NCBI GenBank assembly: GCA_964016885.1
Contig: OZ024763.1
Location: 29,760,001-29,824,000 of the forward strand
From: Eledone cirrhosa
Lineage: Eukaryota
Length of the DNA stretch: 64,000 nucleotides
Reading direction: 5' to 3'
The notes beneath the pieces were generated by a model, which was not told the DNA's origin, made no database searches, and saw only the letters and a program-made list of their open reading frames with translations. Shown here piece after piece: positions 63,359 to 64,000 of the stretch. Numbering within the stretch: position 1 is the stretch's first letter; every line of letters begins with the position of its first letter. Position numbers and translations under genes: made by a program.

Positions 63359-63390
63359 GTACATATATATATACATGCCTGTATATATAT

Positions 63391-63450
<60 letters not shown>

Positions 63451-63591
63451 CATGTATATATGTATGTATGTATATGTACATATGTGTGTATATATACATT
63501 TATATATATGTATGTACATATATGTACATTTACATACATATATAATCTATATAATTATATATATATATATACATATATATAGACATATATA

Positions 63592-63669
<78 letters not shown>

Positions 63670-63718
63670 TATATATATAGACATATATATATATACATAT
63701 ATAGACATATATATAGAC

Positions 63719-63820
<102 letters not shown>

Positions 63821-63905
63821 CATATATATATATATATATAGACATATATATATAGACATATATAGACATATATATATAGACATATATAGACATATATATA
63901 GACAT

Positions 63906-64000
<95 letters not shown>

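Overview
AT-rich animal genomic DNA, dominated by (TA)n, (CA)n, (GA)n and trinucleotide microsatellites with short unique islands between them. The SINE and LINE repertoire resembles that of octopod cephalopods; this is an inference from recalled repeat motifs, not a database result. No intact protein-coding gene can be supported: the long ORFs in the track are microsatellite or minisatellite artefacts, and the only recognisable coding remnants are two RTE-type LINE 3' fragments and a mariner transposase C-terminus. The main signal is a set of small non-coding elements that end in (TA)n tracts. Five carry hand-foldable minimal type I hammerhead ribozymes and a sixth is degenerate. One is a 425-nt unit bounded by 58-bp direct repeats (retrozyme-like or non-autonomous Penelope-like). 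Several others, including a 9-copy family, are fold-back palindromes whose apex lies just upstream of the hammerhead-like GAAAC and whose short arm stops at an internal TA. Also present: TA-centred inverted duplications, a templated insertion at a palindrome apex, a twin-priming-like inverted RTE, TE-derived tandem arrays and recurrent YY1/Pho-type motifs. All folds and coordinates were read by eye and may be off by a few bases.
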